Part shown: piece after piece, positions 51,680-63,606 of the stretch
Numbering within the stretch: the stretch's first letter is position 1
Layout: each line of letters starts with the position of its first letter
Assembly: GCA_944392105.1 (NCBI GenBank)
Contig: CALXVM010000002.1
Location: 9,026 to 73,025, forward strand
DNA length: 64,000 bases
Origin: an uncultured Clostridia bacterium
Lineage (GTDB): Bacteria > Bacillota > Clostridia > TANB77 > CAG-508
Direction: 5' to 3'
Notes under the pieces: generated by a model
The model's input: only the letters and a program-made list of their open reading frames with translations
The model's database searches: none
What the model was told of the DNA's origin: nothing
Program-made: the position numbers and the translations under genes

Positions 51680-53032
51680 ATGAATAATAAAGAATTAAGC
51701 GAACTACTAACAAAAGCAAAAGATCTTTTAAAAGATGAAGTAACTAAAATATCTTATGAAACATGGATTAAAGATTTAGAAATCGAAAGTGCTGAAAATG
51801 GTAATATTGTATTAGTTGCAAATACAGTTTTTCAAAAAGATTCTATTATGTCTAGATACTATGATTTGTTTAAAAATACATTTAGATTTCTAACAAACAA
51901 AGAATGGGACATTAATGTTATCTTAAAATCAGATGATAGTACTCCTATGCAGGAGACTTCTAATTTAGAGCAATCAACAAATTCTTATGTAAACCCAAAT
52001 TCAAACCTTAATCCAAAGTATACTTTTGATACATTTGTTGTTGGTAACAATAACAGATTTGCTCATGCTGCAGCATTAGCAGTTGCTGAAGCTCCAGCAA
52101 AATCTTACAATCCACTTTTTGTATATGGGGGATCTGGGTTAGGAAAAACACATTTAATGCATGCTATCGGAAACGAAGTTCTAAAAAATAATAAAACATT
52201 AAATGTATTATATGTAGATTCTGAAAAATTTACTAATCAACTAATAAATGCAATAAAAGATTCAAAAACAGAGCAATTTAAAAATAAATACAGAAATATA
52301 GACGTATTATTAATTGATGATATTCAATTTATAGCAGGAAAAGAAAGAATACAAGAAGAATTTTTCCATACATTTAATAGTTTACATGGTAGTGGAAAAC
52401 AAATAATTATATCTAGTGATAGACCTCCAAAAGATATTCCTTTACTAGAGGATAGATTAAAATCACGTTTTGAGTGGGGATTAATTGCGGACATTTCTAA
52501 TCCTGACTATGAAACACGTTTTGCTATATTAAAAAAGAAAGCTCAATTAGATAACATATATATTGATGATGAAATTTTATCTAATATTGCTACAAAAATA
52601 GATTCAAATATTAGGGAGTTGGAGGGGACTTTAAATAGACTTATTGCAACATCCTCTTTAACACAAGCACCAATTACTATGGAAATGTCAGAAAGAGCAA
52701 TAAATGATGTAGTAAAAAATAAAGAAAAAGTTCTTTCTTATGATTTAATACAAGAAACTGTAGCAAAATATTTTAATATAACTGTTAATGATTTAAAAGG
52801 GTCTAGACGTTCAAATGATATTGCCCTTCCAAGACAAATTGCTATGTATCTATGTAGGACAATTGCACAAATGTCTACAAATGCTATAGGCTCTTGTTTT
52901 GGTAAAAGAGATCACTCAACAGTACTACATGCTTGTAATAAAATAGAGAAAGATATAAAACAGGATAATAATTTAAAAATGGTTGTGGATAGTGTGAAAA
53001 ACTTAATCACTTCCAGTGATAATAACAAGTAA
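51680..53032 (+). CDS. dnaA: chromosomal replication initiator protein DnaA
   Basis: GGSGLGKTHLMHAIG AAA+ Walker A and the C-terminal DNA-binding domain (HSTVLHA). Confidence 0.97.
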   Translation: MNNKELSELLTKAKDLLKDEVTKISYETWIKDLEIESAENGNIVLVANTVFQKDSIMSRYYDLFKNTFRFLTNKEWDINVILKSDDSTPMQETSNLEQSTNSYVNPNSNLNPKYTFDTFVVGNNNRFAHAAALAVAEAPAKSYNPLFVYGGSGLGKTHLMHAIGNEVLKNNKTLNVLYVDSEKFTNQLINAIKDSKTEQFKNKYRNIDVLLIDDIQFIAGKERIQEEFFHTFNSLHGSGKQIIISSDRPPKDIPLLEDRLKSRFEWGLIADISNPDYETRFAILKKKAQLDNIYIDDEILSNIATKIDSNIRELEGTLNRLIATSSLTQAPITMEMSERAINDVVKNKEKVLSYDLIQETVAKYFNITVNDLKGSRRSNDIALPRQIAMYLCRTIAQMSTNAIGSCFGKRDHSTVLHACNKIEKDIKQDNNLKMVVDSVKNLITSSDNNK

Positions 53033-53114
53033 ATAAGTTTTTTGAAATTTTTGTTTGGAAGAGCATTTGTTTGAAAAAACAATCGCATCTCTTCTTACGG
53101 AAATGGTACATTAG

Positions 53115-53280
53115 ATATCCACACCCACTTGTGAATTTCGTGTAAATAACTTGTTGATATCTAATTTATACCCAACTAAAAATTGAAAGTGTAGATAACT
53201 TATCCACTTATCCACAGAGTTATCCACATGTTATAACTTAAGGAAATAGACACTTGCGATAGTTATCCACTAAATCCACA
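53115..53280. promoter_or_regulatory. oriC DnaA-box cluster (dnaA-dnaN intergenic)
   Basis: ATATCCACA 53115; TTATCCACT 53200; TTATCCACA 53208; TTATCCACA 53220; TTATCCACT 53263; AAATCCACA 53272. Confidence 0.85.
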
Positions 53281-53284
53281 TGAC

Positions 53285-53302
53285 CTACTATTACTACTAC
53301 TA
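53285..53302. promoter_or_regulatory. DnaA-trio array
   Basis: CTA CTA TTA CTA CTA CTA (complement TAG/TAA repeats), starting 4 nt (TGAC) after the last DnaA box. Confidence 0.65.
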
Positions 53303-53330
53303 AATATATATTAATTATTATTATAAAAGG
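53303..53330. promoter_or_regulatory. AT-rich DNA unwinding element candidate
   Basis: AATATATATTAATTATTATTATAAAAGG directly follows the trios. Confidence 0.5.
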
Positions 53331-53342
53331 AGTTGAATTAAA

Positions 53343-54458
53343 ATGAAATTCGTTTGTGAAAAGGATAATATCCTTAAAGCTATTAATTCCGTAACAAAAG
53401 CAGTTGCTGTTAGAACAACAATGCCTATATTAGAAGGAATATTAATTCAAACAAATGATAACGAAGTAAAATTTACAACATATGATTTAGAGTTAGGTAT
53501 AGAATATATTATTAATTGTAATGTTCAAGAACAAGGAAGTACAGTTGTTAATAGTATAATGTTTAGTGAAATTATTAGAAAATTACCTGACTCAGATATA
53601 AAAATAACTTTAAATGAAAACAATTTATTAGTAATAGAGTGTGAAGGTTCATTATATAAATTAGCAACAATGAATCCAGAAGAATTTCCAGAATTACCAA
53701 AAATAAATGTAGAAAATTCTTTAGAAATAGAACAAAATTCATTAAAAGAAATGATAAGAAAAACAATCTTTGCTGTTAGTACTGAAGAAAATAGACCAAT
53801 ATTTACAGGTTGTTTATTTGAAATAAAAAATAATAGATTAAATGTAGTAGCTGTAGATGGATTTAGATTAGCATGGAAAACAAAAATGTTACAACAAACA
53901 GTAAATGATTTTGCAGCGGTAATTCCAGGAAGAAGCTTAAATGAAATAAACAAAATAATTTTAGACTCATTTGATACTATTAAAATAGGAGTTGCAAAAA
54001 ATCAAGCTTTATTTGAAATGGAAAATTGTAAAATAGTTACTAGATTATTAGATGGAGAATTTTTAAATTATTCAAGTGTTATACCAACAACATGGGAAAC
54101 AAGAATAAGAGTTGATAAAAATGCGATACAAGATTGTTTTGAAAGAGTAAGCTTAATTTCATCTTCAAGTATAGAAAAAGAAAAGAAATATCCTGTAAAA
54201 GTAACAATAGATATTGGAAAAGTAACAATTTCTTGTACAAACCAAACTGGAGATGCAAAAGAAGAAATGTATGTAACAACAGAGGGACAAAACTTAGAAG
54301 CAGGATTTAATCCAAAATACTTCTTAGATGCGTTAAGAGCAATTGATGACCAAGAAATATTCATTAACTTTGGTACAAGCATTTCACCATGTATTATAAA
54401 ACCTGTGGAAGAGGGAGATTATACATACATGATTCTACCTATTAGAATGAAAGAATAA
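53343..54458 (+). CDS. dnaN: DNA polymerase III subunit beta
   Basis: 371-aa sliding-clamp pattern (RLLDGEF.NY); follows dnaA. Confidence 0.95.
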   Translation: MKFVCEKDNILKAINSVTKAVAVRTTMPILEGILIQTNDNEVKFTTYDLELGIEYIINCNVQEQGSTVVNSIMFSEIIRKLPDSDIKITLNENNLLVIECEGSLYKLATMNPEEFPELPKINVENSLEIEQNSLKEMIRKTIFAVSTEENRPIFTGCLFEIKNNRLNVVAVDGFRLAWKTKMLQQTVNDFAAVIPGRSLNEINKIILDSFDTIKIGVAKNQALFEMENCKIVTRLLDGEFLNYSSVIPTTWETRIRVDKNAIQDCFERVSLISSSSIEKEKKYPVKVTIDIGKVTISCTNQTGDAKEEMYVTTEGQNLEAGFNPKYFLDALRAIDDQEIFINFGTSISPCIIKPVEEGDYTYMILPIRMKE

Positions 54459-54483
54459 AACTTAAATAAATAAGGACATAAAG

Positions 54484-55548
54484 ATGTATATAGAAAAAAT
54501 ATGTTTAAATAATTTTAGAAATTATGAAGAGCAAATAATTGAATTTAATAAAAATATAAATGTTATTTATGGAGATAATGCACAAGGAAAAACAAATATT
54601 TTAGAAGCTATATTTTTATGTGCTTTTGGAAAATCTTTTAGAACAAATAAGGAAAAGGAATTAATAGAAATAGGAAAAGAATTTTTAGATGTATCAGCTT
54701 TTTATAAAAAAAGCGATAGAGACGGAAAAATTCAAATAAATATATCTGATAAAAAAAATGTAAAATTAAATGGAGTAAAATTAAAAAAATTAAGTGAACT
54801 TTTAGGAAATATTAATGTAGTAATTTTTACTCCAGATGATATAAATATTTTAAAAGATGGTCCAGCAAAAAGAAGAAGATTCTTAGATATGATGATAGGT
54901 CAATTAAGACCAAATTATGTTTTTGTATTAAATCAATATTTGAAAACAATAGAACAAAGAAATAATTATTTAAGACAAATAAAAGAACAAAATATTTCAA
55001 CAGAAATGTTAGAAATATGGAATGAGAAACTAGCAGAATATGCAGTAAAAATTTTTGAATATAGATATGAATTTATAGAAAAAATAAAAAACAAAATAAA
55101 TGATATTCATAAAAATATAACAGATGGAAATGAAGAAATAAAAATAGAATATACGTCAGACTGTTCTAATAAAGAAAAATATTTGAATTTATTAAAAGAA
55201 AGAACAAAATTAGATATAATAAAGGGATATACAACAAAAGGAATTCATAGAGATGATTTTGTTGTATACATAAATAATAAAGAAGTAAACATATATGGCT
55301 CTCAAGGACAGAATAGAACTGTAATTCTTACTTTAAAATTATCAGAATTACAAGTTATATATGATGAAATAGGAGAGTACCCAATATTATTGTTGGACGA
55401 CTTTATGTCAGAACTAGATGAAAAAAGAAGAACTAATTTTTTAAACAATATAAAAGATACACAAGTTATAATAACATGCACTGATAAAATAGATTTAGAT
55501 AATTTAAATTATAAATTATTTAATGTAAGAAAAGGAGAAATATATTAA
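54484..55548 (+). CDS. recF: DNA replication and repair protein RecF
   Basis: GDNAQGKTNILEAI Walker A and the LLLDD..SELD signature. Confidence 0.95.
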   Translation: MYIEKICLNNFRNYEEQIIEFNKNINVIYGDNAQGKTNILEAIFLCAFGKSFRTNKEKELIEIGKEFLDVSAFYKKSDRDGKIQINISDKKNVKLNGVKLKKLSELLGNINVVIFTPDDINILKDGPAKRRRFLDMMIGQLRPNYVFVLNQYLKTIEQRNNYLRQIKEQNISTEMLEIWNEKLAEYAVKIFEYRYEFIEKIKNKINDIHKNITDGNEEIKIEYTSDCSNKEKYLNLLKERTKLDIIKGYTTKGIHRDDFVVYINNKEVNIYGSQGQNRTVILTLKLSELQVIYDEIGEYPILLLDDFMSELDEKRRTNFLNNIKDTQVIITCTDKIDLDNLNYKLFNVRKGEIY

Positions 55549-55805
55549 TGTATGTACATATTGGTAAAGAATGTGTAATAAACTCAGATAATATTGTGGC
55601 AATTTTTAATATTAAAGCTATTACAAAGAAAAAAGAATTAAAAGAAATTTGCAATAATATGAGAATTAGTGATAATATAATAGATGTATCAGAAAATAAT
55701 AAAAAAACTTTAATACTATATAAAATAAATAAAAACATAAAAGGATATATAACAAATATATCTTCAAATACTATTGCGAAAAGATGCAATTTAAAAGTAT
55801 GTTAG
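55548..55805 (+). CDS. remB: DUF370 protein (RemB/YaaB-like)
   Basis: 85 aa, between recF and gyrB; start overlaps the recF stop (TAATG). Confidence 0.75.
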   Translation: MYVHIGKECVINSDNIVAIFNIKAITKKKELKEICNNMRISDNIIDVSENNKKTLILYKINKNIKGYITNISSNTIAKRCNLKVC

Positions 55806-55823
55806 TTTCTATATTATATATAA

Positions 55824-57782
<1,959 letters not shown>

Positions 57783-57810
57783 AGTTTAAAAATTTAATAA
57801 AAAATAGTAC

Positions 57811-57819
57811 TTATCCACA
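57811..57819 (+). promoter_or_regulatory. consensus DnaA box just after gyrB
   Basis: TTATCCACA. TGTGGAAAA follows at 57835..57843. Confidence 0.5.
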
Positions 57820-57902
57820 GAATAAGAACAACATGTGGAAAAACATATTAAAAACTAACAAAAAAGTTAATAAATTAAAGAAATAAATTTATTAAATATT
57901 TT

Positions 57903-57936
57903 AACAGCCGAGATGATTTTATTCATCTCGGCTGTT
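57903..57936. terminator. strong 14-bp GC-containing hairpin downstream of gyrB
   Basis: AACAGCCGAGATGA - TTTTAT - TCATCTCGGCTGTT. Confidence 0.55.
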
Positions 57937-58605
57937 ATCAGTAAAGCCTATATTAATCTTCAGCTAAAACTAATATTCCAAATATCTAACCTAATATATA
58001 TTACTATATAAATAAGCTATTAATCTAAAATATTAATCAGTCGCTTGAATACAAATATATTCATAATAACCATATTCATCCCTGTGGGACTAATAACAAT
58101 CATTATCAAATATAAGAATACTCGTAACTTTGAATATATTTTACATATTTTCAACTGTAGAATAAATAGAGGATAAAGAGCAAATGAAAGAGAAAAAAAC
58201 ACAAAAGTTACAGCTTAAATACAAAAAATATACTCGCATCGCCGACAATTAATAATCTAAAATAAAACTATTAATTATCTTTGCTCGAACAATATAAAAC
58301 TATAAACTAATCTTATAAAGCTCTTATTTCAACTAATATAAACCTTATATTCTTATTATGTAACAAAATAAAAAAATTATTCAAAAATATATAAATAAAA
58401 TAAAAAAATAAATAAATATAAAATAATATAAATAAAGAAAAATTAAAAAATTAATTTAAATTAATCAAAATTAGTTAAAATTTTAATACGTTAACAAATA
58501 AAAAGGAATAAATAATTCCTATATATGCATTACGAAAAGCATAGAAAATACTATAAAAAACAGCAAAAAGCGAGAAAAATGTCGAAAAAAGTCAAACGAA
58601 AAAAC

Positions 58606-58634
58606 TTGACTTATATAAAAAAAGTAAATATTAT
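58606..58634 (+). promoter_or_regulatory. sigma-A type promoter of the VirB4 gene string
   Basis: TTGACT (58606..58611), 17-nt spacer, TATTAT (58629..58634). Confidence 0.5.
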
Positions 58635-58655
58635 ATACGAAAGGAGGTAAAGAAA

Positions 58656-59219
58656 ATAAAAAAAAATAAACTTTCAGTTCAAGAATGGCTACCGTTTGAA
58701 AAAATATTAGAAAATGGTATTATAAAAATTAACAAAACAACTTATGTAAAAATAGTAAATGTAAAGCCAATTAATTTTAATCTTAAATCTGAATTAGAAA
58801 AAGAATCTATATTAAATTCTTACAAAATTTTTTTAAAATCCTGCGATTTTGATTTCCAAATATTAATCCAAAGTAAGAAAGAAGATTTAAATAAACATAT
58901 AGAAGAAATAAAAAAAGTTGAGGATGAACCCAATATAAAAGAAATATCAAATAAATACATTAATTATATAAAATCACTTAACCATGACAAAAAATCATCT
59001 TCAAAAAATTTTTATATTATTCTAAGATATAAAAATAATAACGAAAAAGATGACAATATAGAAAATTATGCTATAGAAGAACTAAACGAAAAATATTTTA
59101 AAATTAAAGATTGCTTATCTAGATGTGGAAATATAGTTTTATCAAATAATACAGCTAAAAGTACTTTGGAAATATTATATTCTTTTTTTAATACAAGAAT
59201 TAATTTGAATTTAATGTAA
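58656..59219 (+). pseudogene. N-terminal domain fragment of a Gram-positive VirB4 (Tn916 ORF16-like), with no canonical start codon
   Basis: Open frame 58557..59219 has no in-frame ATG or GTG, and its only in-frame TTGs lie in the last 18 codons. AAGGAGG (58641..58647) is followed after 8 nt by ATA. Encodes ...LSVQEWLPFEKILENGIIKINKTTYVKIVNVKPINFNLKSELEKESILNSYKIFLKSCDFDFQILIQSKKEDL... Confidence 0.6.
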
Positions 59220-59243
59220 AACTTTATTCTTTAAGGAGGTTAA

Positions 59244-61073
59244 ATTATTTTTTATTCTAAAAGAAAAAATAAACAAATAAAAACAGAAGAAAAATTTAAT
59301 TTTTTAGAAGGAACTTTTTCAAATAAAGATTATTTAAGTCCATCTTATATTAATTTAAACAATCCAAAATATATAGAAATAGATAATATGCTTTTTTCTG
59401 TTATATTAGTAACTAATTATAACCGAGAACAATCGGAATTAATTTTAAAATCTTTAATAGATACTAATATAAATATTAATATATCTATCTTCTATGAAAA
59501 ACAAGATCCATATAAAACAATAAGAAATTTAACTTACCATATAGGAAATGTAGGAGTAGACTTAAAAGGAAAAAATCAAAATAGACAAGATATTGATATT
59601 GCAGCATTTACATATAATGATGCAAAATACATAAGAAAAGAAATGCAAGTAAATAATGAGGACTTATATTTTTTATACATATATGTAAGTACTTTTTCGA
59701 CAGATGAAAAAGAATTAGAATACTTATTAAATAAAATAGAAGGAATTTTGCAAAGCAAAGGCATGCAAACCATAAGAGCATATTTTAGACAAGAGCAAGG
59801 ATTTAAAGCAATATTACCTTTAATGGAAAATAGTATAGATGTTAAAGAAGCAGCAAAAAGAAATGTATTAACTAGTGGACTACTTGCTACATACCCATTT
59901 ATTTCTTCGGCAATATTTGATGAAACAGGAATATTTATAGGTACAAATATATATAACAATTCTTTAGTATTTATAGATAGATATGATAAAAATAAATATA
60001 AAAATGCAAATATATGTATTTTTGGAACAAGTGGAGCAGGAAAATCTTTTTATACAAAATTATTAATTTTAAGATGTAGATTATTAGGAATTGAGCAATA
60101 TATTATAGATCCGGAAAGAGAATATAATAAATTATGTAAAAATTTAAATGGATTATTATTAAAATTAGGACATAGTTCAGACTCATACATAAATATATTT
60201 GATATTAGAAAAGAAAGTTTAGAAGAAGGGGAAGAAGGATATTTAGCAAATAAAATAAGTAAATTAATTGGCTTTTTTAATTTAATATTCGGAAATATTA
60301 ACGAAGAAGAAAGAGCTTTACTAGAAGAAAAATTAATAGAGGTATATAAATTAAAAGGCATAACTTTTGATGACAATAGTTTATTTAAAAAAGAAAATGG
60401 AAAAATAAATATAAAACCAGTATTTAAAGATACATATGATATGCCAATATTAGAAGATTTTTATAATATTTTAAACGATAGCCGTACAAAAACTTTTAAA
60501 ACAAAATTAATTCCCTTTGTAAAGGGATCATTAAAATTTTTTAATAATTACACTAATGTAATTATAGATAATAAACTTATTGTAGCAGACATATACGAAT
60601 TAGGTGAAGAAAACTTAAAATATGCGATGTGGGTATGCATAGACCTTTTTTGGGACTTAATAAAAAAAGATAGAAACATAAAAAAAGCAATATACCTAGA
60701 TGAAATATGGAGATTAATTGGAGTAACTTCAAATAAAGATGTAGCTAGTTTCATTTATAAAATATTTAAAACAATTAGAAAATATGGAGGAAGTGGAGTA
60801 GCTATAACACAAGATGTTTCAGACTTATTTAGTTTAGAAGATGGAACATATGGAAGAAGTATATTAAATAATTCAGAAATAAAAACATTTTTTTCCTTAG
60901 AAGAAGAAAATATAAAAGTTTTAGAAAAATATTCAAACTTATCAGAAAAAGAAAAAATAGAAATAAAATCATTAAAAAGAGGAGAATGTTTAATGTTTGT
61001 AGGAGGAGAACATATACTAACTAACATAGAAGCAGCAGAATTTGAAAAAGAAATAATAGAAGGGAGAAAATAA
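59244..61073 (+). CDS. VirB4/TrsE-family type IV secretion ATPase (central and C-terminal part)
   Basis: GTSGAGKSF Walker A, DPEREY, LDEIW Walker B, AITQD. The frame is open from 59244. AAGGAGG (59233..59239) is followed by ATT at 59244 and 59247. The first ATG (59388) would remove conserved N-terminal sequence. Confidence 0.8.
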   Translation: MIFYSKRKNKQIKTEEKFNFLEGTFSNKDYLSPSYINLNNPKYIEIDNMLFSVILVTNYNREQSELILKSLIDTNININISIFYEKQDPYKTIRNLTYHIGNVGVDLKGKNQNRQDIDIAAFTYNDAKYIRKEMQVNNEDLYFLYIYVSTFSTDEKELEYLLNKIEGILQSKGMQTIRAYFRQEQGFKAILPLMENSIDVKEAAKRNVLTSGLLATYPFISSAIFDETGIFIGTNIYNNSLVFIDRYDKNKYKNANICIFGTSGAGKSFYTKLLILRCRLLGIEQYIIDPEREYNKLCKNLNGLLLKLGHSSDSYINIFDIRKESLEEGEEGYLANKISKLIGFFNLIFGNINEEERALLEEKLIEVYKLKGITFDDNSLFKKENGKINIKPVFKDTYDMPILEDFYNILNDSRTKTFKTKLIPFVKGSLKFFNNYTNVIIDNKLIVADIYELGEENLKYAMWVCIDLFWDLIKKDRNIKKAIYLDEIWRLIGVTSNKDVASFIYKIFKTIRKYGGSGVAITQDVSDLFSLEDGTYGRSILNNSEIKTFFSLEEENIKVLEKYSNLSEKEKIEIKSLKRGECLMFVGGEHILTNIEAAEFEKEIIEGRK

Positions 61074-61074
61074 T

Positions 61075-62403
61075 ATGAAAACTGTTATGACAGCAGTAGC
61101 AAATCCTATAATAAATGAAAAATTAAAAAATGAAACAAACATACAAATTATAGGCAATGATATACAATATAAAGAAGGAGTAATAGAAGCATTAGAAAAA
61201 AATAAAGAAATAAATTATTTAATATTAAGCGATATATTAATAGGAAAAGAATTATTAATAGAATTAATAAAAAAAATTAAAATAATAAATAAAAATATTA
61301 AAATATTAGTAATATTAACAGAAGAAAATAAAAAAGAATGCGATAATTTAATATCTTGCGGAGTAGAAAAAATATTCTATAATAATAATGTAGAAATTAA
61401 AGAAATTGTAAAAGTAATTAATGAAGAAAATGAAACAGATAAATTAATAGAAGAAATTAATTCTTTAAAAAAAATAATAATAGAAAATAATAACAAAAAT
61501 AATTTAGAAAAAAATAAAAAAACACAAAATAAAATAAAAAAAGAAAATAAATTAAAAAATAAATTATTAATATTTAATAAAATAAAAATAATAAATAATA
61601 TAAAAAATAAAATAAATAAATATTTACCTAAAAAATTAATTAATAAAAATAATAATATAAAAAGTGAAGTTATATCTGTTTTAGGTCCAGCAGGAGTGGG
61701 GAAGAGTATTTTTACAATTAATTTAGCTAATTCATATGTTTATTCTAAAAATAAAATTTTAATTATAGATTTTGATATCTTAAATAATAGTCTACATACA
61801 ATTTTAGGTCTAAAAAAATATTCCAAAATAATAAGAGAAAAATTAAAAAATAATAATTTAATAAATAGCAAAATAAATATTAAAGAATTAACTATTAAAA
61901 TAACAAATAAAATAGACTTAATTTCTGGAATAAATTTATTATTTGATTCAAAATATAAAATAAGTAGTGAAAAAATATATAATATAATTAATGAATTAAA
62001 AGAAAAATATGAAATAATAATTATAGATAATTCTGCTGAATGCTTTTTTGATTATACAAAAAATATTATAGAAAATAGTAATATTAATATATTTATTACA
62101 GAAGCAAATTTATCTGAAATAAAAAAATCAAAAAATTTATTAAATATATATATCAATAAATGGAATATTAATAAAAATAAAATAAATATATTATTTAATA
62201 AATTTAATAAAAATAGTATAGACATAAATATATTAAAAAATATTTTTAATGAATTTAATATATTAGGAAAATTAAATTTTGATGATAAATACAATTTAAT
62301 AATAAATAAAAATGGAATAACTTGTGATAATAAAATTATGAAAGAATATATAAATATAAATAAAAAAATAGAAGAAGAAAATTTAACTAAAATAAAAAAT
62401 TAA
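61075..62403 (+). CDS. ParA/MinD-superfamily ATPase with receiver-like N-domain (TadZ/CpaE-like architecture) and an N/K-rich low-complexity linker
   Basis: VLGPAGVGKS deviant Walker A at about aa 200. The N-terminal ~120 aa alternate in a beta-alpha pattern. Residues ~135-195 are nearly all N, K, I and L. Confidence 0.65.
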   Translation: MKTVMTAVANPIINEKLKNETNIQIIGNDIQYKEGVIEALEKNKEINYLILSDILIGKELLIELIKKIKIINKNIKILVILTEENKKECDNLISCGVEKIFYNNNVEIKEIVKVINEENETDKLIEEINSLKKIIIENNNKNNLEKNKKTQNKIKKENKLKNKLLIFNKIKIINNIKNKINKYLPKKLINKNNNIKSEVISVLGPAGVGKSIFTINLANSYVYSKNKILIIDFDILNNSLHTILGLKKYSKIIREKLKNNNLINSKINIKELTIKITNKIDLISGINLLFDSKYKISSEKIYNIINELKEKYEIIIIDNSAECFFDYTKNIIENSNINIFITEANLSEIKKSKNLLNIYINKWNINKNKINILFNKFNKNSIDINILKNIFNEFNILGKLNFDDKYNLIINKNGITCDNKIMKEYININKKIEEENLTKIKN

Positions 62404-62818
62404 AAAATAAAATAAATTAATATTAATTAATATATATGTTTATTTATTAATAATAAAAATTAAATTATTATTTTCATAAAAATATTTTTTTGGAATTTTA
62501 TTAAATAAACAAAAAATAAATAAAATAAAAAATCTTATAAAAAAATAAAAATAACAATGATTAAAAAAATAAAATATTAATTAAAATAAAATTATTATTT
62601 TTATAAAAATACTTTTTTAATTTATTAAATAAAATAAAAAAATAATTAAGAGAAAATATAAAATATAAAAAATAATAATTAATAAAAAATTAATTTAAAA
62701 AATAATTTAAAATAAAAATATATAATTTAAAAGATATAAAAAACTAAAAAATATAAATTTGTTTTTTTAAATAGTAAAAAAGTAAATAGAAGAACAAGGT
62801 TACATAAATATAAAACTA

Positions 62819-63195
62819 TGTATACATAATAATGGAAAATACAAGATTTGAAAAAAGTAAAAATATATATTTGAATTTACCAAAAAGACAAAATAGAATA
62901 TTTAGAATATAAATAAAAAATAAGGAAGAGATTATAAACTTATATTTTAAAATGATGAATAACGTTAATTAGTAATAAAGGTATGTAAAAAAATATATTT
63001 TTTAAACGAAAATATACGAAAAAAATAAAACAAAAACAAACGGATCTCTAGGAATTATAAAAATGGATAAAAATAATAAAAATTAAAAACGTATCAATAA
63101 AATATAGGTATATATGTAAATTATTTAGTTACATATAAAATGTATATAAAAAATAAAAGAAGAAAATTTTAAAAAACAATCTTAAATTGTCAAAA
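62819..63195 (-). repeat. module copy M7 (inverted, right of oriC)
   Basis: Read on the minus strand: A at 63195, C at 63044 (TCCGTTTG), B at 62885 (TTTTGGTAA), T at 62829 (TTATGTATACA). Spacings 151 / 159 / 56. Flanked by A/T-only spacers at about 62404-62760 and about 63350-63700. Confidence 0.75.
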
Positions 63196-63571
63196 TGGTA
63201 AAAATATATAGCGAAAAATAAGAAAAGAAAAATTATAAATTGTTTATAAAAAATTTGTATATTTTGAAAATTGTATATTAACTTTTTAAAAAACTTTTAT
63301 ACAATAAATTAAACTTATACATAAAAAATAGTTATATTAAAAATATATTTTAAATTAATAATTATAAAAAATAATAATTAATAAAAAAATAATTATTAAA
63401 ATTTTAAAAATAAAAAAATTAAAATAAAAATAATTAAAGATTAAATATAAAAAATAAATTAAAATAAAAATATAAAAAAATAAAATATATTAAAAATAAA
63501 TAATTATTTTTTTAATATATTTAAAATAAATTTTTATAATTATTTTTTAAATTAAATATTAAAATTTCAAA

Positions 63572-63606
63572 ATTAAAAATTAAAAATTAAAAATTAAAAA
63601 TTAAAA
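63572..63606. repeat. tandem heptamer (ATTAAAA) x5
   Basis: ATTAAAAATTAAAAATTAAAAATTAAAAATTAAAA. Confidence 0.8.

Noticed and set aside
58020-58252. 60-aa minus-strand ORF and a 22-codon plus-strand ORF (58184..58252, weak AGAGGA RBS) in the gyrB-VirB4 gap.
   Set aside because: They are too short or too compositionally biased, and I recognise no conserved motif. They cannot be supported from sequence alone.
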